DNA of 64,000 bases, from assembly GCA_041661745.1 (NCBI GenBank), contig JBAZTR010000005.1, positions 3,283 to 67,282 of the forward strand, written 5' to 3'. Made by a program: the position numbers and the translations under genes. The stretch is from Patescibacteria group bacterium (GTDB lineage Bacteria; Patescibacteriota; Patescibacteriia; UBA9934; GWF2-40-263). Below the pieces are notes generated by a model. The model was not told the origin of the DNA. It saw only the letters and a list, made by a program, of their open reading frames with translations, and did not search any database. Below, piece by piece: positions 1 to 12,521 of the stretch (positions are counted from its first letter, which is position 1; every line of letters begins with the position of its first letter).

Positions 1-878
1 GATTCGTCATTACCAGCCGAAGTGCCAAGGAAAGTTATTGCGCCGTCACCATCAGTATCGATACTGACACCAGTTGTGTTGGAATCTAACTGCAACGAAG
101 CGAATTCAACTGCCGAAGAGGTCAGGACATTTTGATCCATGTCAAAAAGCTCATTGGCGCCTTGGCCCGTATCCAAAGTGAGTGAAGTTATCCCGGCGGC
201 CAAAGTAAGGGCCCCGGCCGAGGTCAAACTGTTGGACGAAGAAAAAAATTGAATATCACCAGAACCACCGCTTTGCAAAACAAGATTATTTGCCCCGGTA
301 ACATTAATTTGCGGATTAGTTCCACCCAAAACTAAATTTCCCGAGGTAAGAACCGGAATTTGATTACCCGAAGCGCTTTGAGCCGGAGTAAAGCCGCCAA
401 CCGTATTTGAGTTAAGAGCGTAAGGGCTAGCAAAGACACGATGGCGCGGACTTAGTGTTTCAAAACTTACCGCCGCACAAGAAGAAGAAACTTGCGAGGC
501 AACTTCAATGTTTAAATAAACTGTGTCACTGTCACTAAAATTATAGTTGAGGGTATCGCCACCGGCGCTGGTGTCGCCAATACCAACACTGAAGACACCG
601 TTAGTAACGTCAACGGTCATGGTCGAAGGTGTACCGCTTGGCCAGACTTTTGAACCAGCCGATTGCGCGTCATAAAACGAGAAGCGAAAACAATAATTTC
701 CATCAAGCAAATCTCCGGTGCTATCGAGTAACCGACCCTGGTGTCCGATTATTTCTGGAACCCCGGCTGCGGCAAAAACCGTGCTTGGGAAAAGAGAGGT
801 AAAGACAAAGCAAAAACTGGTAAGAATATAACATAACTTACCAAATGTATTTTGGTTTTTCTGCGTTCTACTTCGCAT
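1..878 (-). CDS. Large secreted/surface protein, N-terminal part (runs off window start)
   Basis: Manual translation from ATG 878: [70 protein letters not shown]...[11 protein letters not shown]. Signal peptide, then a domain typical of fibre/adhesin-like surface proteins, then G/S/T/N-rich sequence. Frame is open to position 1; not in the ORF track because truncated. Confidence 0.75.
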   Translation of the reverse strand, partial: MRSRTQKNQNTFGKLCYILTSFCFVFTSLFPSTVFAAAGVPEIIGHQGRLLDSTGDLLDGNYCFRFSFYDAQSAGSKVWPSGTPSTMTVDVTNGVFSVGIGDTSAGGDTLNYNFSDSDTVYLNIEVASQVSSSCAAVSFETLSPRHRVFASPYALNSNTVGGFTPAQSASGNQIPVLTSGNLVLGGTNPQINVTGANNLVLQSGGSGDIQFFSSSNSLTSAGALTLAAGITSLTLDTGQGANELFDMDQNVLTSSAVEFASLQLDSNTTGVSIDTDGDGAITFLGTSAGNDE

Positions 879-989
879 GGCATAATTATATCATATTCAA
901 GCGAAAATTTTGGGGTTTATCCACAGTTTTTTTTGGTTTTTTTGCAAACAAAAAAAACCGGAAAACCAGTTTAAAAACTCTTTTTACTC

Positions 990-1730
990 TTAATTCCGTT
1001 TTTTTCTAAGTTTGATTAGAAAAAATATACCTCCCACCACCATTATGGCTCCAAAATATTGACCCGGTGTCAAGGACAAAAAACGAATTTCATCCACACG
1101 TAAAAAATCTAAAACGATTCTGGCCGCGCCGTATAAAATCAAGAAAGCAGCAAGCAAATTTCCCGTGGAGAATTTTCTTAAAAAAATAAACGCGATAAAA
1201 ATCACGAGACCTAACAACGAATGGTATAAACCAAGATCGTGACGAATGATTCCATCCGGATATTGAACCCCAAGGAAAAAATTTGTTGGCAGCCCCGGAT
1301 GATCATGAATCAAAAAACATCCAATACGACCAATAAAATATCCGAGCGGTAATCCAAAAATCAAAACATCGGTATATTCAAGAAGATCTAATTTTTTATA
1401 TTTTAGATATCCTAATCCGGCTATGGCCGCACCAACCAATCCTCCAATCATCGACATACCCCCATGCCACACAATAAAAATTTCTAAAGGGTTGGCCAAG
1501 TAAAACGCCGGCTCGTAAAAAACAATGTGAAAAATTCGCGCGCCAATCATGGCCCCAATAATTATAAAACCAAGCGTGTCCCAAATTATCACTGACTTTA
1601 AACCACGTTTTTTGGCTAACCAAGCGCTTGTCACTGCCCCGAAGATAAATCCAAGGGCAACAAAAAGTCCCCAAGTTTTAATAGCAATCGGAAAAATTTG
1701 AATTTCGGTGGAATTAAGATAAGGAATCAC
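990..1730 (-). CDS. lgt: Prolipoprotein diacylglyceryl transferase
   Basis: GARIFH, WHGGMSMIGG, GRIGCF motifs, multi-TM; GTG start overlaps gatA stop (ATGTGA). Confidence 0.9.
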   Translation of the reverse strand: MIPYLNSTEIQIFPIAIKTWGLFVALGFIFGAVTSAWLAKKRGLKSVIIWDTLGFIIIGAMIGARIFHIVFYEPAFYLANPLEIFIVWHGGMSMIGGLVGAAIAGLGYLKYKKLDLLEYTDVLIFGLPLGYFIGRIGCFLIHDHPGLPTNFFLGVQYPDGIIRHDLGLYHSLLGLVIFIAFIFLRKFSTGNLLAAFLILYGAARIVLDFLRVDEIRFLSLTPGQYFGAIMVVGGIFFLIKLRKKRN

Positions 1731-3160
1731 ATTTTTGGCTGTTTTTTGTGCCAATCTGTCACACTTTGGTAAAACTTCCCTGCCCTAAACAAACAAGTTT
1801 CATCAAAAGGCTTGGCCATTAACTGCAAACCAATTGGTAAGCCTTCGTCAAAGCCACAAGGCAAGGAAAGAGCCGGAATTCCCGCTAAATTAGCGGAAAC
1901 TGTGTATATATCCGAAAGATACATGGCTAAAGGATCGTTAAACTTATCCCCAATGTCCCAAGCCACGGTCGGCGAGGTTGGTGTGATGATAACATCAACG
2001 TGTTTAAAAGCTTCCTCAAAATCACGGCGAATCAATTCACGCACACGTAAGGCTTTTTTGTAGTAAGCATCAGAGTAACCTTTTGAGAGAGCAAAACTTC
2101 CTAACATAATGCGGCGCTTGGTTTCCGCACCAAAACCTTCGCCCCGGGCTTTTAGATAAGTTGTTAAAAGATTTTCTCCGTCAACGGCGTGACCAAAACG
2201 AATCCCGTCCATACGTGCCAAGTTTGAACTGACTTCACATGGCATAACGATGTAATAAGCAGCAATGGCGTACTCGGTGTGCGGCAAAGAAATTTCTTTA
2301 ACCTCGGCCCCGTTATTTCGTAAAACTTCGATTGCTTCGAGAACCGCTTTTTTAACTTCAACATCCATGCCTTTAACAAAATATTCTTTTGGAACACCGA
2401 CTCGCAGACCCTTGATGTCGTTCGGAATTAATTCGGGAATAACGACGTCTGTTTCAACGGCCGTGGCGTCCTTATCATCATTGCCGGCAATCACGGAAAA
2501 AACTTCGGCCACGTCTTCAACAGTGTGAGCACAGACACCAATTTGATCTAGCGAAGAGCCCAAAGCTATGGCCCCGTAACGACTAACGCGGCCGTAGGTG
2601 GGCTTTAAGCCCACCACGCCGCATAATGCGGCGGGCTGCCGGACCGAGCCGCCCGTATCGGTTCCCAGGGCGGCCGGCACAAAGCCGGCAGCCACGGCCG
2701 CGATTGATCCGCCAGACGAGCCGCCAGGCGTTTTTTTAATATTCCAAGGATTTTTGGTGGGAAAAAATGCTGAATTTTCAGTCGATGAACCCATGGCAAA
2801 TTCGTCCATGTTGGTTTCGCCGATAATTATGGCGCCAGCCTCACGTAATCTTTTAATAACCGTGGCGTCATAAACCGCTTCATATTCTTGGAGCATTTTA
2901 GAACCGGCCGTGGCTTTACGACCAGCTACAAGAATATTATTTTTAACAGCAATGGGAATGCCGGCCAAGCGTCCTTTTTTATTTTTTATATCATGAGCTT
3001 CGGCTAACGCCTCGTCATTAGCCACATGCAAAAAAGCATTGATCTCGTGATCGTGTTTTTTTATTCGTTCAAGTGAATTTTCTATAACCGCTTCGGCTGA
3101 AACTTTTTTATCAGCCAAAAGTTTTTTTATTTCACTAATCGTTAAAAAAGATGTGTCCAT
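1727..3160 (-). CDS. gatA: Asp/Glu-tRNA amidotransferase subunit A
   Basis: Amidase signature GGSSGGS, GTDTGGSVRQPA. Confidence 0.97.
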   Translation of the reverse strand: MDTSFLTISEIKKLLADKKVSAEAVIENSLERIKKHDHEINAFLHVANDEALAEAHDIKNKKGRLAGIPIAVKNNILVAGRKATAGSKMLQEYEAVYDATVIKRLREAGAIIIGETNMDEFAMGSSTENSAFFPTKNPWNIKKTPGGSSGGSIAAVAAGFVPAALGTDTGGSVRQPAALCGVVGLKPTYGRVSRYGAIALGSSLDQIGVCAHTVEDVAEVFSVIAGNDDKDATAVETDVVIPELIPNDIKGLRVGVPKEYFVKGMDVEVKKAVLEAIEVLRNNGAEVKEISLPHTEYAIAAYYIVMPCEVSSNLARMDGIRFGHAVDGENLLTTYLKARGEGFGAETKRRIMLGSFALSKGYSDAYYKKALRVRELIRRDFEEAFKHVDVIITPTSPTVAWDIGDKFNDPLAMYLSDIYTVSANLAGIPALSLPCGFDEGLPIGLQLMAKPFDETCLFRAGKFYQSVTDWHKKQPKM

Positions 3161-3165
3161 ATTTT

Positions 3166-3471
3166 CTATTCTGTTCGGCTCTCAAAAACCGCGGGCACTT
3201 CAAGCAACGCACCAGACTTTCGCGGAAAAGAATTAATGGCCGCGTCGCGTTCGTCCGGGTCAACCGCCTGCGCTTCATCGACACGCCAAACGTTATTAGA
3301 AATCGCTCCAGTCGCCATTTCTGGAACATTGGTTGTATCGACTTCGGCCAGTTTATCAACATAACCGATAATTGACTCAAAATAACCGCGATAGGCTTCA
3401 ACCTCGTCATTAGCGATCTCCAAACGCGAAAGTTTGGCTATATGTTTAATGTCATCTGTGGAAAACTCCAT
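3166..3471 (-). CDS. gatC: Asp/Glu-tRNA amidotransferase subunit C
   Basis: IKHIAKLSRL N-terminus, size, upstream of gatA. Confidence 0.93.
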   Translation of the reverse strand: MEFSTDDIKHIAKLSRLEIANDEVEAYRGYFESIIGYVDKLAEVDTTNVPEMATGAISNNVWRVDEAQAVDPDERDAAINSFPRKSGALLEVPAVFESRTE

Positions 3472-3472
3472 A

Positions 3473-6053
<2,581 letters not shown>

Positions 6054-6064
6054 ATTTCATTGAT

Positions 6065-6442
6065 TTAGTGGGCGAGTAATAAATTTATTTGCTCGGCCAG
6101 TTGATGTGGGGTAATTTGGCTTTTAAGAAAATATTTGCTAGCGCCGTTTTCCAAAGCTTCGGTAATTTGTTTTCGGTCGCTTAAGCCGGTTAAAACAATA
6201 ATCGGAATATTAACCAAACTTTCGACTGAACGCAGACCTTTAATCCAACGTAAGCCGGACTGTTCTTCCAAAGCGATATCAACAATTATTATATCAGGAA
6301 CGGCCAGTTTAATCTTTTTATCAGCTTCGGAAAAATTTTTAACCGCCTTGGTTTGAAATTTATGAACGGTAAAATGCCGGGCGCAAATATCAGCAAAAAA
6401 GGCATCGTCTTCAATCATTAAAACAACTGGTTTCCGACGCAT
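6065..6442 (-). CDS. Single-domain response regulator
   Basis: IEDD, DIIIVDI, IIVLT, FLK receiver motifs. Confidence 0.9.
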   Translation of the reverse strand: MRRKPVVLMIEDDAFFADICARHFTVHKFQTKAVKNFSEADKKIKLAVPDIIIVDIALEEQSGLRWIKGLRSVESLVNIPIIVLTGLSDRKQITEALENGASKYFLKSQITPHQLAEQINLLLAH

Positions 6443-6444
6443 AC

Positions 6445-7554
6445 TTAATCGATTTCGCGCATGGCTAAACCAATAGCCACGGCCAGCTTAGGCCCAATTT
6501 CTTCAAGAGCCGGGCGAAGTTCATCAGGCGCGACTACCCGAGCCCAAGGATCACCAACATAAACATTTACATTCATAGCCTTGGTCAACTCCTCAATTAA
6601 CGATGGCAAATGAGCTGAACCGCCGGTCAAAATTATTTTTTCAATTTTTTTGCCATCAGTCAATTCCATTTTGGAGTAAGATTCAGCGGCAAATTTTATT
6701 TCGTTTAGCATGGGCTGGAGAATTGAACCAAGAACGTTAGACAACCCGTTCGGCGGCGCGGCCCCGGCTTCTGAGACATTACCTAAATCTTGTTTAAAGC
6801 GCTCAGCCTCGGCTTCGGAAACATGAAGTAACTCCATGATTTTTTTTGTAACCGTACCACCACCGACATTAATACTGCGCGTTAAAAATGGTACGCCTTT
6901 TTCGACAACCATTAAATTAGTGCGAACATACCCCATGTCAACAATCATGACTGTGCTTTTATCCTTACCAACCAAAGCGCGAATCAAAGCAAACGCTTCG
7001 GTGTCTAAAGCAACCAATTCAATTTTCGACAACTTAAAAATTTCAATATATTTTTGCACCAACGATTTGGCCGCGCCAGTCACCAACACCCGAACATATT
7101 CTTGTTTTTTTGGTTGATTTGGTAAAACCGGAGCAACGGGAGCAATCGGCTTTTCAATTTTAATTGGATCAATAAAAGTGGAGTAAGTAATCATGTCCTC
7201 GAGCGGCATGGGGGTAAGCTTTTTTACCTGCTCATTAACTGCGGCTTTAATTTCTTTTTCATCCTTGCCGCGCGGCACAGCCACGATTGCTGAAAACACA
7301 CTCGAAAGTGGCAATGCCCCGATAGCCCGTACCGAGGTCATACCCGACTGTTTGAAAATAGAAGTGATCATTTCGCTTGTCCCTTTAGGATCTTCAAGCG
7401 GATGCAAAACATCAGCCGAGCTGCGCTCGGAATATCCATAGGTAATAAGCCGCCCACGGCCCTTTTCGTTCATGAGTTCGACAATTTTAATTCCCCCGGC
7501 CCCGATGTCGATGCCCAAATAATTTTTGGTTTGTTTTTTTCCAAAGCCGAACAT
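6445..7554 (-). CDS. pilM: Type IV pilus assembly protein PilM
   Basis: LGIDIG...IKIVEL actin-like fold, VDMG, ILTGGSA, AIGLAMR. Confidence 0.9.
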   Translation of the reverse strand: MFGFGKKQTKNYLGIDIGAGGIKIVELMNEKGRGRLITYGYSERSSADVLHPLEDPKGTSEMITSIFKQSGMTSVRAIGALPLSSVFSAIVAVPRGKDEKEIKAAVNEQVKKLTPMPLEDMITYSTFIDPIKIEKPIAPVAPVLPNQPKKQEYVRVLVTGAAKSLVQKYIEIFKLSKIELVALDTEAFALIRALVGKDKSTVMIVDMGYVRTNLMVVEKGVPFLTRSINVGGGTVTKKIMELLHVSEAEAERFKQDLGNVSEAGAAPPNGLSNVLGSILQPMLNEIKFAAESYSKMELTDGKKIEKIILTGGSAHLPSLIEELTKAMNVNVYVGDPWARVVAPDELRPALEEIGPKLAVAIGLAMREID

Positions 7555-7563
7555 AGCTTGCTA

Positions 7564-7587
7564 CGCCGAAGCTTAATTGCGAAGGCG
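7564..7587. repeat. Short palindromic repeat (CGCCGAAGC-N-GCGAAGGCG family)
   Basis: cgccgaagcttaattgcgaaggcg; related copies at 50246-50286 and 50332-50369. Confidence 0.55.
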
Positions 7588-7641
7588 AGTGCGTTAATTA
7601 TAACACAAGTCAAGAGAGAGGTTAAGGTGTTTAAAAAGAAT

Positions 7642-7664
7642 AAAAAAGGCCGCTTGGAAGCGGC
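7642..7664 (-). terminator. Intrinsic terminator of GC-rich orphan
   Basis: Minus strand GCCGC-TTCCAA-GCGGC followed by CTTTTTT. Confidence 0.65.
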
Positions 7665-7691
7665 AGGAGGTGACGAAGTCGAGGTAGCCGA

Positions 7692-8222
7692 CTATTCGGG
7701 CAGGTCGACCAGGGCGAAGCCGCCGTAGTCGTGGTAGTAAACCGTGTGGGGAGATTTGTTCTCCCAAACGTTGACGAGATCGTGGCCACGAAAATCCGTG
7801 AAGGTTTTCTCGAGGTCCCACAGATCGTCGTAGGCGTTCGTGTAGCTCATGCCGTCGCCCTCCCTAAAAAATCCCGGCCCACGACCACCGCGGAATTCCG
7901 TTGCTGCCGCCAGGGCGCGACGCAAGAAGTTGAGCACACCGGGCACATTCGACCGCCACCATCCCTGGTACCACATGAGCCAGATCGGCTTTCCGCGGTA
8001 GAAGATGACGGTGATGCCGAAGGAGTACCGGATCGAGTACTTGTTGGGCTTTCCGTAGGAGAGCCATGTGTCGATGTACCGGAAGTCGCCCTCACCGAAG
8101 GTCATCATCTTGGCCTTGGGAAAGAACGGAAGCCTCTTCGACTCCTTGCCAGAAGCGTAGGTTTCGTTCTTGGCCATCATGAAGAAGGCCATGGTCTCGG
8201 CAACAGTCGGCAGAGCAGACAT
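7692..8222 (-). CDS. Hypothetical protein, DUF5680-like; GC-rich cassette 1
   Basis: AKNETYA...DFRYIDTW...G.TVIFYRGKPIWLMWYQG...FRGGRGP pattern; AGGAGG SD; C/G-ending codons. Confidence 0.7.
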   Translation of the reverse strand: MSALPTVAETMAFFMMAKNETYASGKESKRLPFFPKAKMMTFGEGDFRYIDTWLSYGKPNKYSIRYSFGITVIFYRGKPIWLMWYQGWWRSNVPGVLNFLRRALAAATEFRGGRGPGFFREGDGMSYTNAYDDLWDLEKTFTDFRGHDLVNVWENKSPHTVYYHDYGGFALVDLPE

Positions 8223-8258
8223 TTTCCTATCCTCCTGAAAGGAACGGGTTACGGCGAG

Positions 8259-8287
8259 ACCTTAACACGAAACAAAAAAGGCGGCAA
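8259..8287 (-). promoter_or_regulatory. sigma70 promoter of cassette 1
   Basis: TTGCCG-17-TAAGGT with TG extension; leader CGTTCCTTTCAGGAGG. Confidence 0.55.
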
Positions 8288-8341
8288 ACCAAAACCCGCG
8301 CCTTTTTTTTGACGCGGGATTGGCTGGTGTCGGCTTTTTTA

Positions 8342-8418
8342 TGGTGGACTCGACGGGACTTGAACCCGTAACTCTAGGTACCAACCCTAAGCGAGGTTAT
8401 CATTACCTCCACGAGCCC
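8342..8418 (-). ncRNA. Non-canonical tRNA-like RNA (Ala-type acceptor, UGG loop)
   Basis: GGGCTCG TG GAGG TAATGATAA CCTC GC TTAGG GTTGGTA CCTAG AGTT ACGGG TTCAAGT CCCGT CGAGTCC A CCA: full cloverleaf and encoded CCA, but no D-loop GG, G32, U37. Confidence 0.75.
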
Positions 8419-8572
8419 ATAAACCGACGTTTTGATAAAACAAAACAGCTCCCAAAAAGACACGTTTAAATGTCTAAAGGGGAGCTGTTTAGTTGGTACC
8501 TAGAGTTAAGGTTCTTAATTTAGAACCTCGCTTAGATGTTTTTATTTCATCACAAAATTAATTTTTTGTCAA
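8419..8572 (-). ncRNA. Structured 5' leader and promoter of the tRNA-like RNA
   Basis: TTGACA(8572-8567)-17-TGAAAT; segments 8492-8508 and 8524-8535 antisense to the tRNA body; hairpins AGGTTCT/AGAACCT and AAACAGCTCCC/GGGAGCTGTTT. Confidence 0.6.
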
Positions 8573-8620
8573 CCCTTCGACCAAGCTCAGGGTTGACCCC
8601 GAGCCTGTCGAGAGGGTCAA
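8572..8620. repeat. REP-like palindromic doublet (CTTCGAC-AAGCTCAG family)
   Basis: acccttcgaccaagctcagggt followed by tgaccccgagcctgtcgagagggtca; the same core occurs inside dnaK at 10700-10720. Confidence 0.7.
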
Positions 8621-8634
8621 TGATGTTTTGTGGA

Positions 8635-9708
8635 TTATTTTTCATCTAAATCAAATTCCTCAATCATCTGTTTTTGTTTCTTAGACAGATTCTTTGGAGT
8701 TGCTACTTTTACCAAAACTAATTGATCACCACGGCCGCGACGATTAGGCACACCTCTCCCCCGCAGGCGAAATTCGGTATGTGACTGTGTACCAGCGGGA
8801 ATTTTAAGTTCAACTTTACCTTCAACTGTTTCCACCTCAACCGTACCGCCCAAAGTAGCTGTGACAAAATTAATTGTCGTCTCAGAATGAATGTCGTATC
8901 CATCACGAATAAAGCGATCGTCGTCGCGCACCCGCAAACGAATAAACAAATCGCCCGACTGGCCGCCTTTAATTGCTTCACCTTGACCAGACAAACGTAA
9001 AGTATTGCCGTCCTCCACACCAGCCGGAATATCAACGGTTAAAGTTTTTTTATTTTTTTGTAAACCGGAACCACGACATTCACTACAGGTTTTTTCCGGC
9101 GTCTCCCCCGCCCCATCGCAAGCTGAACAATTTACTTTACTCTGAATTGCCCCGAGAATAGTGCGTTGGACACGAACCTGATAACCAGCCCCGTTGCATT
9201 CGCCGCATTTTTTCATTTTGCTGCCCGGTTCAGCGCCAATTCCGCCACAACGAGGGCAAGCTTCGGTTTTATTAAAACTAACATCTTTGGAAGCACCAAA
9301 AACACTTTCTTCAAAAGTTAAAGTTAAATCAACTTGTAAATCACGTCCGCGGTTACTTCGTTTGCGCCCGCCACCACCAAAACCAAAAGCACTGCCAAAC
9401 AAATCGCCCAAGTCGCCAATGTCGCCAAAATCAAAATTAACGCCACCTTGATTGAAACCGCCAAAACCGCCACCACCAGGAAAACCTTGCGCACCGTCAA
9501 AACCGGCCGCGCCAAACTGGTCGTAGCGCTGGCGCTTTTCCGGATCACCAAGAACTTGGTAGGCTTCGTTGATTTCCTTAAACTTGGCTTCATCACCACC
9601 GACTTTATCCGGGTGATGTTGGTGAGCCAAGGTCCGAAAAGCTTTTTTAATTTCTTCGGCTGAAGCATTTTTCTCCACCCCGAGAACTTTGTAATAATCT
9701 TTGGACAT
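8635..9708 (-). CDS. dnaJ: Chaperone DnaJ
   Basis: J domain HPD, G/F region, four CxxCxGxG repeats. Confidence 0.97.
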   Translation of the reverse strand: MSKDYYKVLGVEKNASAEEIKKAFRTLAHQHHPDKVGGDEAKFKEINEAYQVLGDPEKRQRYDQFGAAGFDGAQGFPGGGGFGGFNQGGVNFDFGDIGDLGDLFGSAFGFGGGGRKRSNRGRDLQVDLTLTFEESVFGASKDVSFNKTEACPRCGGIGAEPGSKMKKCGECNGAGYQVRVQRTILGAIQSKVNCSACDGAGETPEKTCSECRGSGLQKNKKTLTVDIPAGVEDGNTLRLSGQGEAIKGGQSGDLFIRLRVRDDDRFIRDGYDIHSETTINFVTATLGGTVEVETVEGKVELKIPAGTQSHTEFRLRGRGVPNRRGRGDQLVLVKVATPKNLSKKQKQMIEEFDLDEK

Positions 9709-9714
9709 GAAATT

Positions 9715-10368
9715 TTATTTGATCATTTTTTCCAATCGCTCTACCGATAAGTCAAGGTAAGATTCTGTTACATCATCAACGCCAGGTAATTCATCGTTAT
9801 AACGTTTATCAATAATTCCGAGCACCGGTAACCCGGCCGCTTTGGCACTGGCCGCGCCATTTGGCGAATCCTCCACAGCCACACAACCATCTTTGTCACA
9901 ACCAAGTTTTTCAACAGCTTTCAAATAAACATCCGGGGCCGGTTTGCCGTTAGGCACTTCCTCGGTCGAAACAATCGTATCGAACATTGAGGTCCAACCG
10001 AGTCGATCGAATAAACGTTCGACGTAAGCCCGCGAAGCACTGGTAGCCACAGCGATTTTGGCACCAGCCGCTTTAAGCGCTCGCAAAAAATCTTCAACAC
10101 CGGGTTTCGGACTAACTCCTTCACTCTCTTCGATTTCTTTATATGCCGCAACCACATCCCGACCAAATTCATCAGGCTCTATAGACAAATCATAAGTTTG
10201 TGTCAGAAAAGAAAAATTTTCTTTCGCTGGTTTACTCATCAAGTGCTTCTGCAAAGCCGGGTCATATTGTTTCTCGTGCTTTTTCAAAGCCTTGGTCCAA
10301 GCCTTAGTCCAAACTGCTTCGCTGTCGACCAAAGTTCCGTCAAGATCGAAAATTACCGCTTTAAGCAT
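9715..10368 (-). CDS. HAD family phosphatase (beta-PGM/CbbY-like)
   Basis: FDLDGTLVDS, GKPAPDVY, VEDSPNG. Confidence 0.92.
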   Translation of the reverse strand: MLKAVIFDLDGTLVDSEAVWTKAWTKALKKHEKQYDPALQKHLMSKPAKENFSFLTQTYDLSIEPDEFGRDVVAAYKEIEESEGVSPKPGVEDFLRALKAAGAKIAVATSASRAYVERLFDRLGWTSMFDTIVSTEEVPNGKPAPDVYLKAVEKLGCDKDGCVAVEDSPNGAASAKAAGLPVLGIIDKRYNDELPGVDDVTESYLDLSVERLEKMIK

Positions 10369-10371
10369 ATT

Positions 10372-10605
10372 TTAATAATCGCGTTTTTCTAACACCAAAC
10401 CAATGAATAAACAAACAATGATAACAGCCAGGCCGGCGGTGACCACGTGCCAATCAGCGGCTGAAGCCAGAGTTTTGTAGTAACCCGGACACAACTCTTT
10501 GCCCGGCACTTGTTCCATAGAGCAATCATTAGTGCGAACGGCGGACTGAAAAAACCATGACTCAATAGACTCCGTTTCCGCGGAGCCACTTGTTTTATGC
10601 GTCAT
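10372..10605 (-). CDS. Small hypothetical membrane protein
   Basis: Fills the dnaK-HAD gap exactly; C-terminal TM helix. Confidence 0.55.
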   Translation of the reverse strand: MTHKTSGSAETESIESWFFQSAVRTNDCSMEQVPGKELCPGYYKTLASAADWHVVTAGLAVIIVCLFIGLVLEKRDY

Positions 10606-10607
10606 AA

Positions 10608-12512
10608 TTATTCGTCCTTCTTTTCTTTGAACTCAGCATCAACCGGACCATCTTGCTTTGGCGGTTCCTGATTTGGCGCGCTGTCTGTTTTGTTCGAAGA
10701 GTCTGAGCTTGTCGAAGACTGGTACATTTTGGTGGCAACTTTTTGCGCAGCGTTGGTTAACTCATCAGCCGCTTTCTTAATAGCTTCGTGATCATCGCCG
10801 TCTTTCACCTTCTTAAGTGCTTCAATTTTTTCTTCGATTTCTTTTTTCTCTTCGGCCGTGGCTTTATCACCGGCATCCTTTAACATTTTTTCAGCCGTGT
10901 AAATCATGGTCTCAGCCATGTTCTTGTGTTCGATCTGTTCTTTTTTCTTGGCATCTTCGACAGCATGTGCTTCAGCTTCGCGTTTCATGCGTTCGACTTC
11001 GTCTTTATTCAAACCAGTCGAAGCGGTAATGGTAATGCTTTGTTTTTGATTGGTGGCTTTGTCAGTTGCCGAAACACTCAATATACCGTTGGCATCAATA
11101 TCAAAAGAAACTTCAATCTGCGGAATACCACGCGGGGCCGGCGGCAGACCGGAAAGCATAAACTTTCCAAGAGTCTTGTTGTCAGAAGCCATGGGGCGTT
11201 CACCTTGAAGGACATGAATTTCCACGCTCGGCTGATTATCGCCAGCAGTGGAAAAAATTTGTGACTTGGAAGTCGGCACTGTGGTGTTACGAGTAATTAA
11301 CGGGGTCATGACACCGCCCAAAGTTTCGATACCAAGGGAAAGCGGAGTGACGTCGAGTAACAAAACATCTTTTACTTCGCCAGCCAGAACACCGCCTTGA
11401 ACAGCCGCGCCAATGGCCACGACTTCATCAGGGTTAACGCTAATGTTTGGTTTCTTACCAAAAAATTCTTCAACTTTTTTTAACACCAGCGGCATGCGGG
11501 TCATACCACCAACCATAACGATTTCTTCGATTTCGTTTTTGGAAAGTTTAGCATCACGAAGTGCGGCTTCGACTGGGCCAAAAGTTTTATCAACCAAATC
11601 CATTACCAATTCTTCCAACTTGGCGCGCGTCATGCTCAAAGCCAAATGTTTTGGGCCGTTGGCATCGCTGGTAATGAAAGGCTGGTTGATTTCCGTTTGC
11701 TGGGTGGTAGAAAGTTCGATCTTGGCTTTTTCTGCGGCATCCTTAATGCGTTGCAAAGCCAACGGATCCTTTGAGAGATCGATTCCTTCTTGCTTTTTGA
11801 ATTCACCAATAATCCAATCGATTAAAACGCGATCAAAATCATCGCCACCAAGGTGGGTATCGCCATTAGTCGACTTAACTTCAACTGTGTCAGCGGAAAC
11901 ATCAAGCACGGAAACGTCGAAAGTGCCGCCGCCCAGATCGTAAATTAAAATTTGTTGACCGACTTTTTTATCAAAGCCATAAGCCAAAGCCGCGGCTGTT
12001 GGTTCGTTGATAATACGCTTAACAGTGAGACCAGCGATTTCGCCAGCCGTTTTGGTGGCCGCGCGTTGTGCATCGTCAAAATAAGCCGGCACAGTAATAA
12101 CCGCTTCGGTAATTTTTTCACCAAGTTTTTCTTCGGCATCCTCTTTAAGCTTACGCAAAATCATGGCCGAAATTTCTTCAGGAGTCTGTTCCTTGCCACC
12201 CATCATTATGGCCACACCATCACCACGACGTTGAATTTTGTAAGGCAAAACCTTCAGGTCGCGTTGCACTTCGGCATCCTCCCAACGGCGGCCGATTAAG
12301 CGCTTAATGGAATACAAAGTATTTTCGGGATTAGTAACTGCCTGGCGTTTGGCCGTGGCGCCAACGGTGCGCTCACCGGTTTTGGAAATAGCCACAACCG
12401 ACGGCGTGGTCCGCGCGCCTTCCTTATTTTCTAAAACTTTTGGTTGTCCGCCCTCGATTACGGACATACAGGAGTTGGTGGTGCCGAGGTCGATTCCTAA
12501 TATTTTTGACAT
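10608..12512 (-). CDS. dnaK: Chaperone DnaK
   Basis: [30 protein letters not shown]. Confidence 0.98.
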   Translation of the reverse strand: MSKILGIDLGTTNSCMSVIEGGQPKVLENKEGARTTPSVVAISKTGERTVGATAKRQAVTNPENTLYSIKRLIGRRWEDAEVQRDLKVLPYKIQRRGDGVAIMMGGKEQTPEEISAMILRKLKEDAEEKLGEKITEAVITVPAYFDDAQRAATKTAGEIAGLTVKRIINEPTAAALAYGFDKKVGQQILIYDLGGGTFDVSVLDVSADTVEVKSTNGDTHLGGDDFDRVLIDWIIGEFKKQEGIDLSKDPLALQRIKDAAEKAKIELSTTQQTEINQPFITSDANGPKHLALSMTRAKLEELVMDLVDKTFGPVEAALRDAKLSKNEIEEIVMVGGMTRMPLVLKKVEEFFGKKPNISVNPDEVVAIGAAVQGGVLAGEVKDVLLLDVTPLSLGIETLGGVMTPLITRNTTVPTSKSQIFSTAGDNQPSVEIHVLQGERPMASDNKTLGKFMLSGLPPAPRGIPQIEVSFDIDANGILSVSATDKATNQKQSITITASTGLNKDEVERMKREAEAHAVEDAKKKEQIEHKNMAETMIYTAEKMLKDAGDKATAEEKKEIEEKIEALKKVKDGDDHEAIKKAADELTNAAQKVATKMYQSSTSSDSSNKTDSAPNQEPPKQDGPVDAEFKEKKDE

Positions 12513-12521
12513 ATTTATTTT

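Noticed and set aside
917-925. Perfect DnaA box (another at 59476-59484)
   Set aside because: Isolated single boxes with no cluster or dnaA, so not oriC.
7731-8312. 193-aa plus-strand ORF
   Set aside because: Antisense shadow of the DUF5680-like gene.
8342-8572. tmRNA or T-box
   Set aside because: The acceptor closes within 77 nt with no tag ORF, and there is no T-box or specifier consensus.
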